In this document: piece by piece, positions 1-8,122 of the stretch
Layout: every line of letters begins with the position of its first letter
How positions within the stretch are numbered: position 1 is the first letter of the stretch
Translations under genes and position numbers: made by a program
NCBI GenBank assembly: GCA_038999435.1
Contig: JAVZYR010000004.1
Span: 1 to 26,515, forward strand
Reading direction: 5' to 3'
DNA from: Candidatus Aenigmatarchaeota archaeon
Lineage (GTDB): Archaea > Aenigmatarchaeota > Aenigmatarchaeia > QMZP01
DNA length: 26,515 nucleotides
Notes under the pieces: model-generated
What the model saw: the letters and a program-made list of their open reading frames with translations, nothing else
Database searches by the model: none
What the model was told of the DNA's origin: nothing

Positions 1-2329
1 CAAGCCAAATCTTTTCTGCAATAAAGGGCACGAATGGAGATAAAAGTTTTAGCAGCCTTTCCATGACCTAGAAAAGGCAATAGGCTGCGCTGCTATCTTT
101 TTGTGCAAGCCTTGACCGTATAAGCTTTATATAACATCTTGAGAGGTCTTCAATCACAAACTCAACAAGCCCTCTTGCAGCATGATGGAATCTGAAATCT
201 TCAAGTGCAGATGTTGTGTCAGCGATTATGGTGTTTATCCTTGAAATTATCCATTTGTCCTCAAGTGCAGAAACTTTTGCTTCCTGCCTCTTTGCATAGA
301 GTTTTATGAAATCACAGCAGTTTAGAAGTATGTTGAAAAATCTCTTGAGCTCTTCTGCAGACTTTAGATTGAATTTTTGTGTATTCCATGGCGGCACATC
401 ATAGCAATAGTAAAGCCTTAGCATGTCTGCACCAAGCCTTGCCCATGCATCCTCTGCCCACACAACATTGCCAAGCGATTTTGACATCTTCTCGCCCTTT
501 TCATCAAGTGTCCATCCATTCAAGCACACGGTTTTATATGGACTCTCACCGAATGTTGCAAAAGCACAAAAGAAAAGTGTATAAAACCATCCTCTTATCT
601 GGTCCTGTGATTCGTCAATAAGGTCAACAGGCCACAAGGCCTTGAAAAGCTGTTTGTTTTTGAATGGATAACCAAGCGATGCCCATGGCGCGATCCCAGA
701 ATCGAACCATACATCCATTATGTATGGATATCTGCTCATAACCCCACCACAATCACATTTCAGTTTTATTTTATCCACACTATCCTTATGCAAATCAACA
801 TCATCTGCTAATGGTTTTACAGACATCTTTTTCAACTCAGCCACAGAACCTATTGCCATCCTTCTTTGGCATTTTTGGCATTTCCATATCGGTAATGGAA
901 TGCCCCAATATCTCTGTCTTGTAATTGCCCAGTCCGGCGCATCTGCAAGCGTGTTCAAAAATCTTTCCCGTGCAAATTCAGGCAACCATCTCACATTTTC
1001 TGCCTCTTTCATCATGATATCCTTCAGCGTATCAATCTTCAAAAACCACTGATGCGATTTTCTGTATATCAATGGTGTTTTGCATCTCCAGCACAAAGGA
1101 TAGGAGTGTATTATAAATCCTGCATAAAACAATTTCCCTGTTCTTTCCAGCTCTGCAATGATTTCTTTATCTGCATCCTTAACAAAAATCCCTGCAAATT
1201 TACCTGCCTCGCTTGTCAGCTTCCCCTCTTCATCAACTGGTGAGGGCTCTGGCAGGCCATAATGCTTTCCTGCCCTGTTGTCAACATCACCATGTCCTGG
1301 TGCGATGTGCACAAGCCCTGTTCCTGTCTCCATATCAACAAGATGGCCAAATTCTTCCTCTTCAGCAGCCCCCTTCATTGCAACCTTTGATGCAACCCTT
1401 TTCTTTATGATTGGTATCGAGGCAATGACCTGATGTGCGCTGTCCTCTTTTGTAAGTTCTCTCTGCAGTGGTACATCCAGCACAGGCTCGTATTTCAAAC
1501 CTTCAAGCTCCTTTCCATAAAATTCATCTATAATATTGTAATCCAGCCCTAACTCCTCAAACACAGAAACCCTTTTCTTTGCGACTATCAACTTCTCCCT
1601 TCTTACATCCACAACTGCGTATTTCTCATCAGGCCTTACAGCTATCGCCACATTTGCAGGAAGGGTCCATGGTGTTGTTGTCCATACAAGAAGATGCATA
1701 TCCCTTTCCTTTAATTTGAATTTTATGTATATAGATGGGTCTTTGAGATTTTGATAAGAATCTGAAACTTCATAACCTGCAAGTACTGTTTGACATTTTG
1801 GACACCAATAGCCTGGCTTCTCACCTTCAACAAACAGGCCTTTTTCATAGATGCGCTTTATTGTCCACCATCCAGACTCTATATAATAATTCTTATATGT
1901 CATGTACGGCTCGAGCCAACCTCGCCATGCACCGAGCTTTTTATAAAGTGCCATCCAAAGCGGTCTATTCGTCTCAGCAAGTTTTTTGCATTCAGCAATG
2001 AAACGTGAGATACCTATTCGCTCTATATCTTTTTTTGTGGTTATCCCAAGTTTTTTCTCAACTGCATTTTCTATCGGAAGACCTGAACAGTCAAAGCCTG
2101 GTTGCCACCACACAGAAAAGCCTTGCATTGCCTTGAATTTGCCCCACACATCCTTGAATGTTGTTGTCTTTACATGCCCGACATGTGGGATGTGATTTAC
2201 ATATGGCGGGCCATCAAGGAGATAGAATTTTTTCCCTTTTTTAAATTTCACAATACGCTGTGGTATTTTTTCCTTTTCCCAATAATTCAATATCTCACTC
2301 TCTATCTTTTTTGCATCATAAAATGCCAT
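1..2329 (-). CDS. ileS: Isoleucyl-tRNA synthetase, with an in-frame TAG at 68-70; the frame continues off the window edge
   Basis: Motifs DGPPY..PHVGH (HIGH), WTTTPWTLP, GTGLVHIAPGHG (CP1 editing domain), DWAITRQRYWGIPLP, DQIRGWF and KMSKS. After the TAG the same frame reads VMERLLKLLSPFVPFIAEKIWL, matching the class Ia anticodon-binding motif. Confidence 0.95.
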
Positions 2330-2391
2330 ATTAAAAAGTTTGAGCCTGCGAATTTAAATTTAAAAGACTTATTTAAAATAGGAGGTTGTAA

Positions 2392-2652
2392 ATGGAAAAA
2401 AAGAAGCTTGTAGGAACCATAACACATTACTTTACAAACCTTGGTGTTGCAGTTGTACAGCTTAGCGACACAGTCAAAAAAGGTGATGAGATAAGCATTG
2501 AAGGTGCAACAACAAACATAAGACAAAAGATAGATTCCATGCAAATAAATAAAAAGCCTGTGGAAGAGGCAAAAAAGGGGCAATCAATAGGGCTTAAAGT
2601 ACCAGACAGGGTCAGAGAGAACGACAAAGTATACAAGATTATTGCTGCTTAA
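2392..2652 (+). CDS. Small translation-factor-like beta-barrel protein (EF-Tu domain II / U32 C-terminal-like)
   Basis: VGTITHYF..LGVAVV.L...VKKGDEI.I.G......QKIDSMQI......EAKKGQSIGLKV..RVRENDKVY pattern; GGAGG Shine-Dalgarno upstream. Confidence 0.8.
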   Translation: MEKKKLVGTITHYFTNLGVAVVQLSDTVKKGDEISIEGATTNIRQKIDSMQINKKPVEEAKKGQSIGLKVPDRVRENDKVYKIIAA

Positions 2653-2673
2653 TCTGAGTTTAAAAATTAAAAA

Positions 2674-2774
2674 GCAGATTTAGTTTAGTGCTCAGTCTTT
2701 GAATGCCCGAAGGCATACCGTGGCCCGCATCATATAGATACTGCCACTGAATCTGAGCTGCACCCTAAATCTGC
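2674..2774 (-). ncRNA. Unclassified structured RNA: three-way junction closed by a strict bulge-helix-bulge motif
   Basis: 10-bp outer stem GCAGAUUUAG/CUAAAUCUGC; 4-bp GGUG/CACU helix with 3-nt bulges CAG and AAA; CUCAG/CUGAG stem; GUGGC/GCCAC plus GUAUC/GAUGC arm; AUGCC-UUCG-GGCAU hairpin. G-U pairs and the cUUCGg loop favour the minus strand; a U-rich tract follows. Confidence 0.7.
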
Positions 2775-2783
2775 ATTTTTTAA

Positions 2784-3758
2784 TTATTTTTGGTATTTAA
2801 ATACCTTTTCAGGCCATTCAACATCATCTGTCCTTTCATTAGGTCTTGGATTTGTGGCTATTTTCAGCCCTGATGTATGCGTAATAAAACCTGTAACTGC
2901 AATCATCGCACCATTATCACCAGCATACCTTTTTGGTACCCTCGCAAACCTGCATCCTCTTTCCTTTGCCATTGTTTCGAGCATCTGTGCAAGCCTTTCA
3001 TTTGCAGAAACCCCGCCTGTGAGAAGCAGCTCTGATTTGCCAAGATGCGCAAGTGCACGCTCAGCAACTTCTGTTATCATTGCAAAACATGTCTCTTGCA
3101 AAGAAAAGCACAAATCGTTAAGGCTAATCCCTGCGCGAAACTTTCTTATTGCCTCTGTAACGATACCAGAAAAACTCAGGTCCATACCTTTTACTGTATA
3201 TGGCAAATCTATCCATTTCCCCTCTTTTGCCATTGTCTCTATCTCAGGTCCTGCTGGAAATGTAAGCCCAACAGCCCTTCCAAACTTGTCAAGTGCATTG
3301 CCTATGCCCATGTCCTGTGTTTCACCAAATATGCGATATCTACCATCTACCCATGAAACAATTTGTGTATTTGCACCTGAAACATAAACTGAAACAGGAT
3401 CTTTAAGTCCTGTTAAAAATCTTCCAATTTCTATGTGAGCGACACAATGATTAACACCTATCTTTGGTTTTTTAATTCTTTTCAAAAATTCATACCCTGC
3501 CCTAAGACATGGCGGAAGCCCTGGCCCACGCGAAAATGCAATCAGCTGTACATCAGTCATATCTACACCTGCCTGCAAAAGGGCATCCCTCACAACCTTA
3601 TCAGCAACTGCCCTATGATGTGCTGCTGCCTCTAACGGAACTATACCCCATCCTTTGGCTGGTCTATACACATCTTTAATCTCTGATAGTATTTTTTTCC
3701 CATCAAATACACCAGCACCAAATGTATGGGCAGTTGACTCTATGCCAAGACACAGCAT
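2784..3758 (-). CDS. kae1: tRNA t6A threonylcarbamoyltransferase Kae1/TsaD
   Basis: Motifs LGIESTAHT, FSRGPGLPPCL, VNHCVAHIEIG, VSGANTQ, GETQDMGIGNALDKF and DNGAMIA. Start moved to the ATG at 3758 (MLCLGIES) to avoid overlap with the divergent gene. Confidence 0.95.
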   Translation of the reverse strand: MLCLGIESTAHTFGAGVFDGKKILSEIKDVYRPAKGWGIVPLEAAAHHRAVADKVVRDALLQAGVDMTDVQLIAFSRGPGLPPCLRAGYEFLKRIKKPKIGVNHCVAHIEIGRFLTGLKDPVSVYVSGANTQIVSWVDGRYRIFGETQDMGIGNALDKFGRAVGLTFPAGPEIETMAKEGKWIDLPYTVKGMDLSFSGIVTEAIRKFRAGISLNDLCFSLQETCFAMITEVAERALAHLGKSELLLTGGVSANERLAQMLETMAKERGCRFARVPKRYAGDNGAMIAVTGFITHTSGLKIATNPRPNERTDDVEWPEKVFKYQK

Positions 3759-3790
3759 AAAAGATTTAAGTTTTTTGATTAAAAATTGTA
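3759..3790. promoter_or_regulatory. 32-bp bidirectional promoter, probably giving leaderless transcripts
   Basis: AT-rich gap between divergent ATGs, with TTTAAG (+) and TTTTTAAT (-) each roughly 20-27 nt upstream of a start codon; no SD. Confidence 0.55.
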
Positions 3791-5122
3791 ATGGGAATAG
3801 CAGCTGTTTATAATCCTGATAAAAGTGATTGCATCGATTATCTCCACACAGCAATCTTTCAGATAAATCACACAGGACAGGAATGTTGCGGTATTGCAGT
3901 TTATGATAACAAAAAAATCAGCTCACTTACACATGCAGGGCTTGTTCGAGAGCTGAAAATTCCGGAAAATATGCATGGTTGGTGTGGTATAGGAAATGTA
4001 AATAAATATGTTGACCATCAACCAAGAAAATTTAACTCACCGAAATTAGGTGAATTTGCAATAACATTTGATGGCTATATCATAAACAGAAAGGAGTTAA
4101 AAAATAGGGTTGGTGGGGTTTTTTCAAGCCTATACGATGTTGAGCTTGCTGCTCGGATAATCTCTGATGGGAAAGATTTTCCAGATGGTATAGAACATTT
4201 GGCAAGAAATATCAAAGGTGCTTTTTGCATCAGCATACTTACTGAAAATGGCGAGATTTATGCATCACGTTGTCCCCTTGCACTTAAGCCATTGATATGG
4301 GGACAAGGTAAGAACAGCTATGCTGTTATAACAGAATCGCGGGCATTTAGAAAGGCAGGCATGGAACCTGTAAAAGATATAGAACCTGGAGAGATTGTGA
4401 AGATTGATGATTATGGGATACATACGGTCAAAAAAATTGAGGGAAAGGGTAGAAAACATTGCTCATTCCAGTGGGGCTATTTTGCATGGATAGATTCTGT
4501 GATTGAAGGTATACCAGTTTCAAAGGTCAGGGAAAGGGTTGCTGCAATCTTAGCAAAAAAGGATAAGGATGCAGGTCTTGATATAGACCTTGTTTGTGCT
4601 ATAGAGGATTCGGGAAAGGCATATGGTGAGGGCTATGCTATGGCATTCGGTGCACCATATCTAACCTGTATACCAAAATATCCCTATGCAATCAGAAGCT
4701 ATGAGAGGCCAAAAGAATCCAGAGAAAAGGAGGCATATGTTAAATTTTCAACTGTCGATGAAAGGATAAAAGGAAAAAAGGTAGTTGTATGTGATGATTC
4801 GATAAGAAGAGGGACTGTAACAAGAAAGGGCCCATTAAGATTTGTGAGGGCGGCTGGTGCAAAAGAGATTCACTTAAGAATTGGAACACCAAAGAATATA
4901 GCATATTGTAGATTTGACGATAGAGATGCAGGGGATGAAACACTTCTTGCAAATCAACTTAAAACTGATGAAGAGATTGCAAAATACCTTGAGGTTGATT
5001 CGGTAAAATTTCCTGAAGTAGATGAATTTGTTAGCGCAATTGTCCAAGGCAGCAAGCTCAAAGCAGATGATCTCTGCCTTGGTTGTTATACAAAGGATTT
5101 TTCATTTTTGCTTGATGATTAG
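3791..5122 (+). CDS. purF: Amidophosphoribosyltransferase (PurF)-like protein with a degenerate glutaminase domain
   Basis: PRPP motif VVVCDDSIRRGT, AGAKEIHLRI, and Fe-S-type Cys positions (CSF, YCRF, CLGC) are present. The N-terminus MGIAAV lacks the catalytic Cys. Confidence 0.85.
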   Translation: MGIAAVYNPDKSDCIDYLHTAIFQINHTGQECCGIAVYDNKKISSLTHAGLVRELKIPENMHGWCGIGNVNKYVDHQPRKFNSPKLGEFAITFDGYIINRKELKNRVGGVFSSLYDVELAARIISDGKDFPDGIEHLARNIKGAFCISILTENGEIYASRCPLALKPLIWGQGKNSYAVITESRAFRKAGMEPVKDIEPGEIVKIDDYGIHTVKKIEGKGRKHCSFQWGYFAWIDSVIEGIPVSKVRERVAAILAKKDKDAGLDIDLVCAIEDSGKAYGEGYAMAFGAPYLTCIPKYPYAIRSYERPKESREKEAYVKFSTVDERIKGKKVVVCDDSIRRGTVTRKGPLRFVRAAGAKEIHLRIGTPKNIAYCRFDDRDAGDETLLANQLKTDEEIAKYLEVDSVKFPEVDEFVSAIVQGSKLKADDLCLGCYTKDFSFLLDD

Positions 5123-6268
5123 ATAAGAAAGCAAAGTGATTGCCATCAAAAATGCCAATATAACAAATATCCATAAGATTAGGATCCACTCAACCTTTGG
5201 CGTTTCAACCTCAACTTTTAGAGGTGTACAGTTCTGCCATAAAGATGGCATTGTACATGTTGTGTTGCACTGATTTACATCAATACATTCTCTAAATTGT
5301 ATGCCTGGCTCAAGACATGGTCCCCATTCCTCGCATGTCCAATTTTCAACACAAGGCCTTGGGCATGGCGGGCATGGTGCACCTGGTGCTCTGCAAGGTG
5401 GGCATGGCGGGCATGCTGGACAGGGTAGACATGTAAACTTGATGAAATCGTCATAGGCCCATTCAGAGCATGCACCATATACATCACATGTCCGTGCACC
5501 CCAAACATACAGCGCAAAATCTGACAGATTTTGTTCAATCTGTGGTGGGCTTGCAGGTGATTTTATACTTCCATTGAATGTATATTCATCGTATGTTCTG
5601 TCATTGTCAGGGTCACTACCGGATTCCCATCTCAATATCACATACTGCTGGTTTGTATGATTTTGGCCATAGAGCACAGGTTTGCTTGGTGGATTATTAA
5701 AAAGCAAAAAACTATCTGTTGCCCAATCTGAACAGCATAGCTGATTGCATGTTCGTACAGACCATGTATGAGGGCCAAAGCTTAGCTCGATTTGTATTGG
5801 CGGGCTTATCTGGCTCTGATTTCCATCAATGCTAAATATATCGTATGTTGGAAGATTGTTCGGGTCTTGACCAGATGTCCAAAAAAACATTATAGTTCTG
5901 TTGTGGCTGTCAGGCACATCCTGTAAGGTTGGCTTACTTGGTGGTTGGCATAGGGTGACATTGACCTCTGCTGCATAATAATCATCAGCAATCCCTTCTG
6001 CCTGACCATATGCCATGTCCTTTTTTGCCGTTACAAAAACCCTTCCTCTTGCCGGTATGTTTAGGTTTGCAACAACATAGTAGCCATTTTCATCTGTGTG
6101 TGTTGATTGAAAACAACCATCGACACAATTTGCAACCGTTATGTTTACATCTGCCCCGGAAATCGTGTTTCCAAATTGGTCAAATATCCATCCCTCGCAC
6201 GTTCCCATGTAGATGGCACCTACATTTGGTATAAGAAGGAAAAAAGTAGCAAGAATTGCCCATTTCAT
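5102..6268 (-). CDS. Cys-rich membrane-anchored surface protein
   Basis: Signal peptide; carboxypeptidase-regulatory-like domain (G..ISGADV....TDENGYY); two FN3-like repeats (PPSKP.L...W..G.DP......YD...W..RTC.....CS.WA.D.F); CPPCPPC tract; CVENWTCEEWGPC..Q.R.C module; C-terminal TM helix; many N-x-S/T sequons. Confidence 0.8.
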   Translation of the reverse strand: MKWAILATFFLLIPNVGAIYMGTCEGWIFDQFGNTISGADVNITVANCVDGCFQSTHTDENGYYVVANLNIPARGRVFVTAKKDMAYGQAEGIADDYYAAEVNVTLCQPPSKPTLQDVPDSHNRTIMFFWTSGQDPNNLPTYDIFSIDGNQSQISPPIQIELSFGPHTWSVRTCNQLCCSDWATDSFLLFNNPPSKPVLYGQNHTNQQYVILRWESGSDPDNDRTYDEYTFNGSIKSPASPPQIEQNLSDFALYVWGARTCDVYGACSEWAYDDFIKFTCLPCPACPPCPPCRAPGAPCPPCPRPCVENWTCEEWGPCLEPGIQFRECIDVNQCNTTCTMPSLWQNCTPLKVEVETPKVEWILILWIFVILAFLMAITLLSYLIIKQK

Positions 6269-6270
6269 GT

Positions 6271-6915
6271 TTATGATTGGAGATAACTTTTATTATACTT
6301 TAGCATGCCTTCTGTTTGCATAAGGATAAATTGCCCCTCACCTTTGTATATGAGCCAAAATGGCTTTGTTGCCGAATGATTGGAGAATATGTCAAATTCC
6401 TGTCTGCTTGTATTCCATTTCATAAGATATCTCCAATTAATACCATCGAGATATCTGCTAATGTTTGTTGAAAATGTGTAAGGATATGTCGGTGCATTCC
6501 AACCAACAAGCAAGCTTATGTTCATATCCCCAAATTCGTCTCCACTAATCTCAAGCCAACCACTGTCATTTTTGAAATATATAAAGTAACTTTCATTCAG
6601 ATCAAAACTATCGAATGGATTTTGGCTTGTCCTTGGCGAGTATATGTCAAATTCTTGTCTGCTCCTATTCCATCTGAGTACGTATCGATAATCGATATCT
6701 TTTAGAATATGTTCCACTGATAGATTTTGAGGTTGAGCACAGACTGAAAAAAGATTCCATCCTTTGTAAAATTTTATCGAACAGGGCTGAAGGACATTCA
6801 GGCCAACAGTTCCTGAAACATAAGATGTTAATGTAAAACTAAACCACAAAGTAAAAATAGATTGCAGAACACTGAGAAAAACATAGACATAAACAAGGAC
6901 AACAAGTTTTCTCAT
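6271..6915 (-). CDS. N-terminally anchored extracellular protein with two internal repeats
   Basis: N-terminal hydrophobic helix; repeats GWN..YRYVLRWNRSRQEFDIYS..PF and GWN..WRYLMKWNTSRQEFDIFS..PF. Confidence 0.75.
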   Translation of the reverse strand: MRKLVVLVYVYVFLSVLQSIFTLWFSFTLTSYVSGTVGLNVLQPCSIKFYKGWNLFSVCAQPQNLSVEHILKDIDYRYVLRWNRSRQEFDIYSPRTSQNPFDSFDLNESYFIYFKNDSGWLEISGDEFGDMNISLLVGWNAPTYPYTFSTNISRYLDGINWRYLMKWNTSRQEFDIFSNHSATKPFWLIYKGEGQFILMQTEGMLKYNKSYLQS

Positions 6916-7082
6916 TTAGATTTTTTTGGTTTTGTCCACTTAAGCTTCTTTGGGTCTCTTCCTAACAAAAAATTCCTTTCGCATTTTGAGTTACAAAAAT
7001 AGAGTATTTTACCTGAATTTCGCACGAGCATTTTACCTCTCCCTTCTGGAAGCATGCTTGAGCAAAAACTACATTTTGGCAT
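6912..7082 (-). CDS. rpl24e: 50S ribosomal protein L24e (56 aa, absent from the ORF track)
   Basis: Manual translation MPKCSFCSSMLPEGRGKMLVRNSGKILYFCNSKCERNFLLGRDPKKLKWTKPKKSK, with CxxC...FCxSKC; canonical position after rps28e. Confidence 0.95.
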   Translation of the reverse strand: MPKCSFCSSMLPEGRGKMLVRNSGKILYFCNSKCERNFLLGRDPKKLKWTKPKKSK

Positions 7083-7083
7083 G

Positions 7084-7284
7084 TTATTTCCTCTGCAATC
7101 TTGTTTCAGTCTCCAGCTCTATTTCTTTTAGCATGAGTATATCCCCAATCTTTACAGGCCCAGAGACATTTCTTATGAGAATTTGTGGCCCTTCTTTTGT
7201 CTCTTCGAGAAGGCGACATCTAACCCTTGATACGCCTTTAACCCCTAACTTCCCCATTATCTGTATAACTTCTGCCGGAACCAT
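7084..7284 (-). CDS. rps28e: 30S ribosomal protein S28e
   Basis: [13 protein letters not shown]...VRCRLL...[20 protein letters not shown] pattern. Confidence 0.95.
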   Translation of the reverse strand: MVPAEVIQIMGKLGVKGVSRVRCRLLEETKEGPQILIRNVSGPVKIGDILMLKEIELETETRLQRK

Positions 7285-7655
7285 TACTTACTAATCTCTT
7301 TGAATTTTTTACCCAGCTCAGCGACAATCTTTTTTGCATCCCCTTCTTCTACTATTGCAATTGAGGATGAACCCACTGCAAGTCCTGCTGCCTTTCCTAA
7401 CTCCTCCTTCGATGGCACGAAAAGATACGGGACTTGTTTTTCTTCACATAGCACTGGAAGATGCATTACAATCTCTTCAGGACTGACATTCTCTGCTATG
7501 GCGACAAACTTTGCAATCCCTCGCTCTATTGCCTTTGTCGTTTCATTAACACCTTTCCTAATCTTTCCTGTCGTTTTTGCGATGGATATTGCCTCGTAGA
7601 TTTTTGGCACTAATTCAGCTGGGACATCAAACTTTGCATATGTTGGTTTTGCCAT
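7284..7655 (-). CDS. rpl7ae: 50S ribosomal protein L7Ae
   Basis: [53 protein letters not shown] at 7659-7664. Confidence 0.97.
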   Translation of the reverse strand: MAKPTYAKFDVPAELVPKIYEAISIAKTTGKIRKGVNETTKAIERGIAKFVAIAENVSPEEIVMHLPVLCEEKQVPYLFVPSKEELGKAAGLAVGSSSIAIVEEGDAKKIVAELGKKFKEISK

Positions 7656-7732
7656 ATTACCTCCACTTCATTTTTGCTTAAGTGAAGGTGAGAAAATCTC
7701 ACCTCCTCTTCTCATCGGATCGATTGATGAAT
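7656..7732 (-). promoter_or_regulatory. Structured 5' leader of the rpl7ae operon
   Basis: Hairpins UCAUC/GAUGA and GGAGGUGAGA-UUU-UCUCACCUUC; an alternative CUUCACUU/AAGUGGAG pairing covers the SD. Confidence 0.55.
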
Positions 7733-7743
7733 AAAATTTTATT

Positions 7744-8070
7744 TTATAATTTAAATTTCTTAAAAATCTTTAAATCCTGCCATATCCTTTCTGCCTTTGC
7801 CAGCTCAGCCCTGCCCTTATCGGTTATAGCATAATATGTTCTTGGAGGACCATCTGCTTGTGCCCTCTTTGTTATTTTTATATAACCTCCAGCACATAAC
7901 CTTTTTAAAACAATATACGCAGTTATCTGTCCTGGGACAAATCCGAAATTTTTCTTCACCTCTTGCCTAATCTCGTAGCCATACATCTCACGAGATGTTA
8001 ACAAAGATAGTATATAAAGCCAAAGATTATCTTTTGTGATAGATTTTTCAAATCTCTCGCTTGGTTTCAT
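7744..8070 (-). CDS. PadR-family transcriptional regulator
   Basis: ILSLL...MYGYEI...Y..LKRL...GYI......GPPRTYYAITDKGRAEL; start moved to the ATG at 8070. Confidence 0.9.
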   Translation of the reverse strand: MKPSERFEKSITKDNLWLYILSLLTSREMYGYEIRQEVKKNFGFVPGQITAYIVLKRLCAGGYIKITKRAQADGPPRTYYAITDKGRAELAKAERIWQDLKIFKKFKL

Positions 8071-8073
8071 AAC

Positions 8074-8120
8074 TATTTTAAGATATAAAATATTTAAGTG
8101 GTATTTTACAATATAAAATA
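8074..8120. promoter_or_regulatory. Two palindromes TATTTTA-N5-TAAAATA, candidate PadR operators
   Basis: Identical half-sites at 8074-8092 and 8102-8120 within the 52-bp divergent padR/ino1 gap. Confidence 0.6.
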
Positions 8121-8122
8121 GT

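Noticed and set aside
2674..2774. 5S rRNA, SRP RNA, RNase P RNA, hammerhead or HDV-like ribozyme, H/ACA guide, or canonical tRNA-Pyl
   Set aside because: The diagnostic motifs (CCGAAC, SRP helix 8, GAGGAAAGUCC, CUGAUGA/GAAA core, nested double pseudoknot, 3' ACA, cloverleaf with U33) were not found by eye.
3759..3854. N-terminal extensions in the ORF track for kae1 (also padR, fen1, dph5, ABCE1 and the TIM-barrel gene)
   Set aside because: They overlap neighbouring genes or promoters; downstream ATGs match family N-termini or operon spacing.
6950..7294. 114-aa plus-strand ORF and the many other short antisense ORFs in the track
   Set aside because: They are shadows of well-supported genes on the opposite strand or in another frame; this one overlies rpl24e and rps28e.
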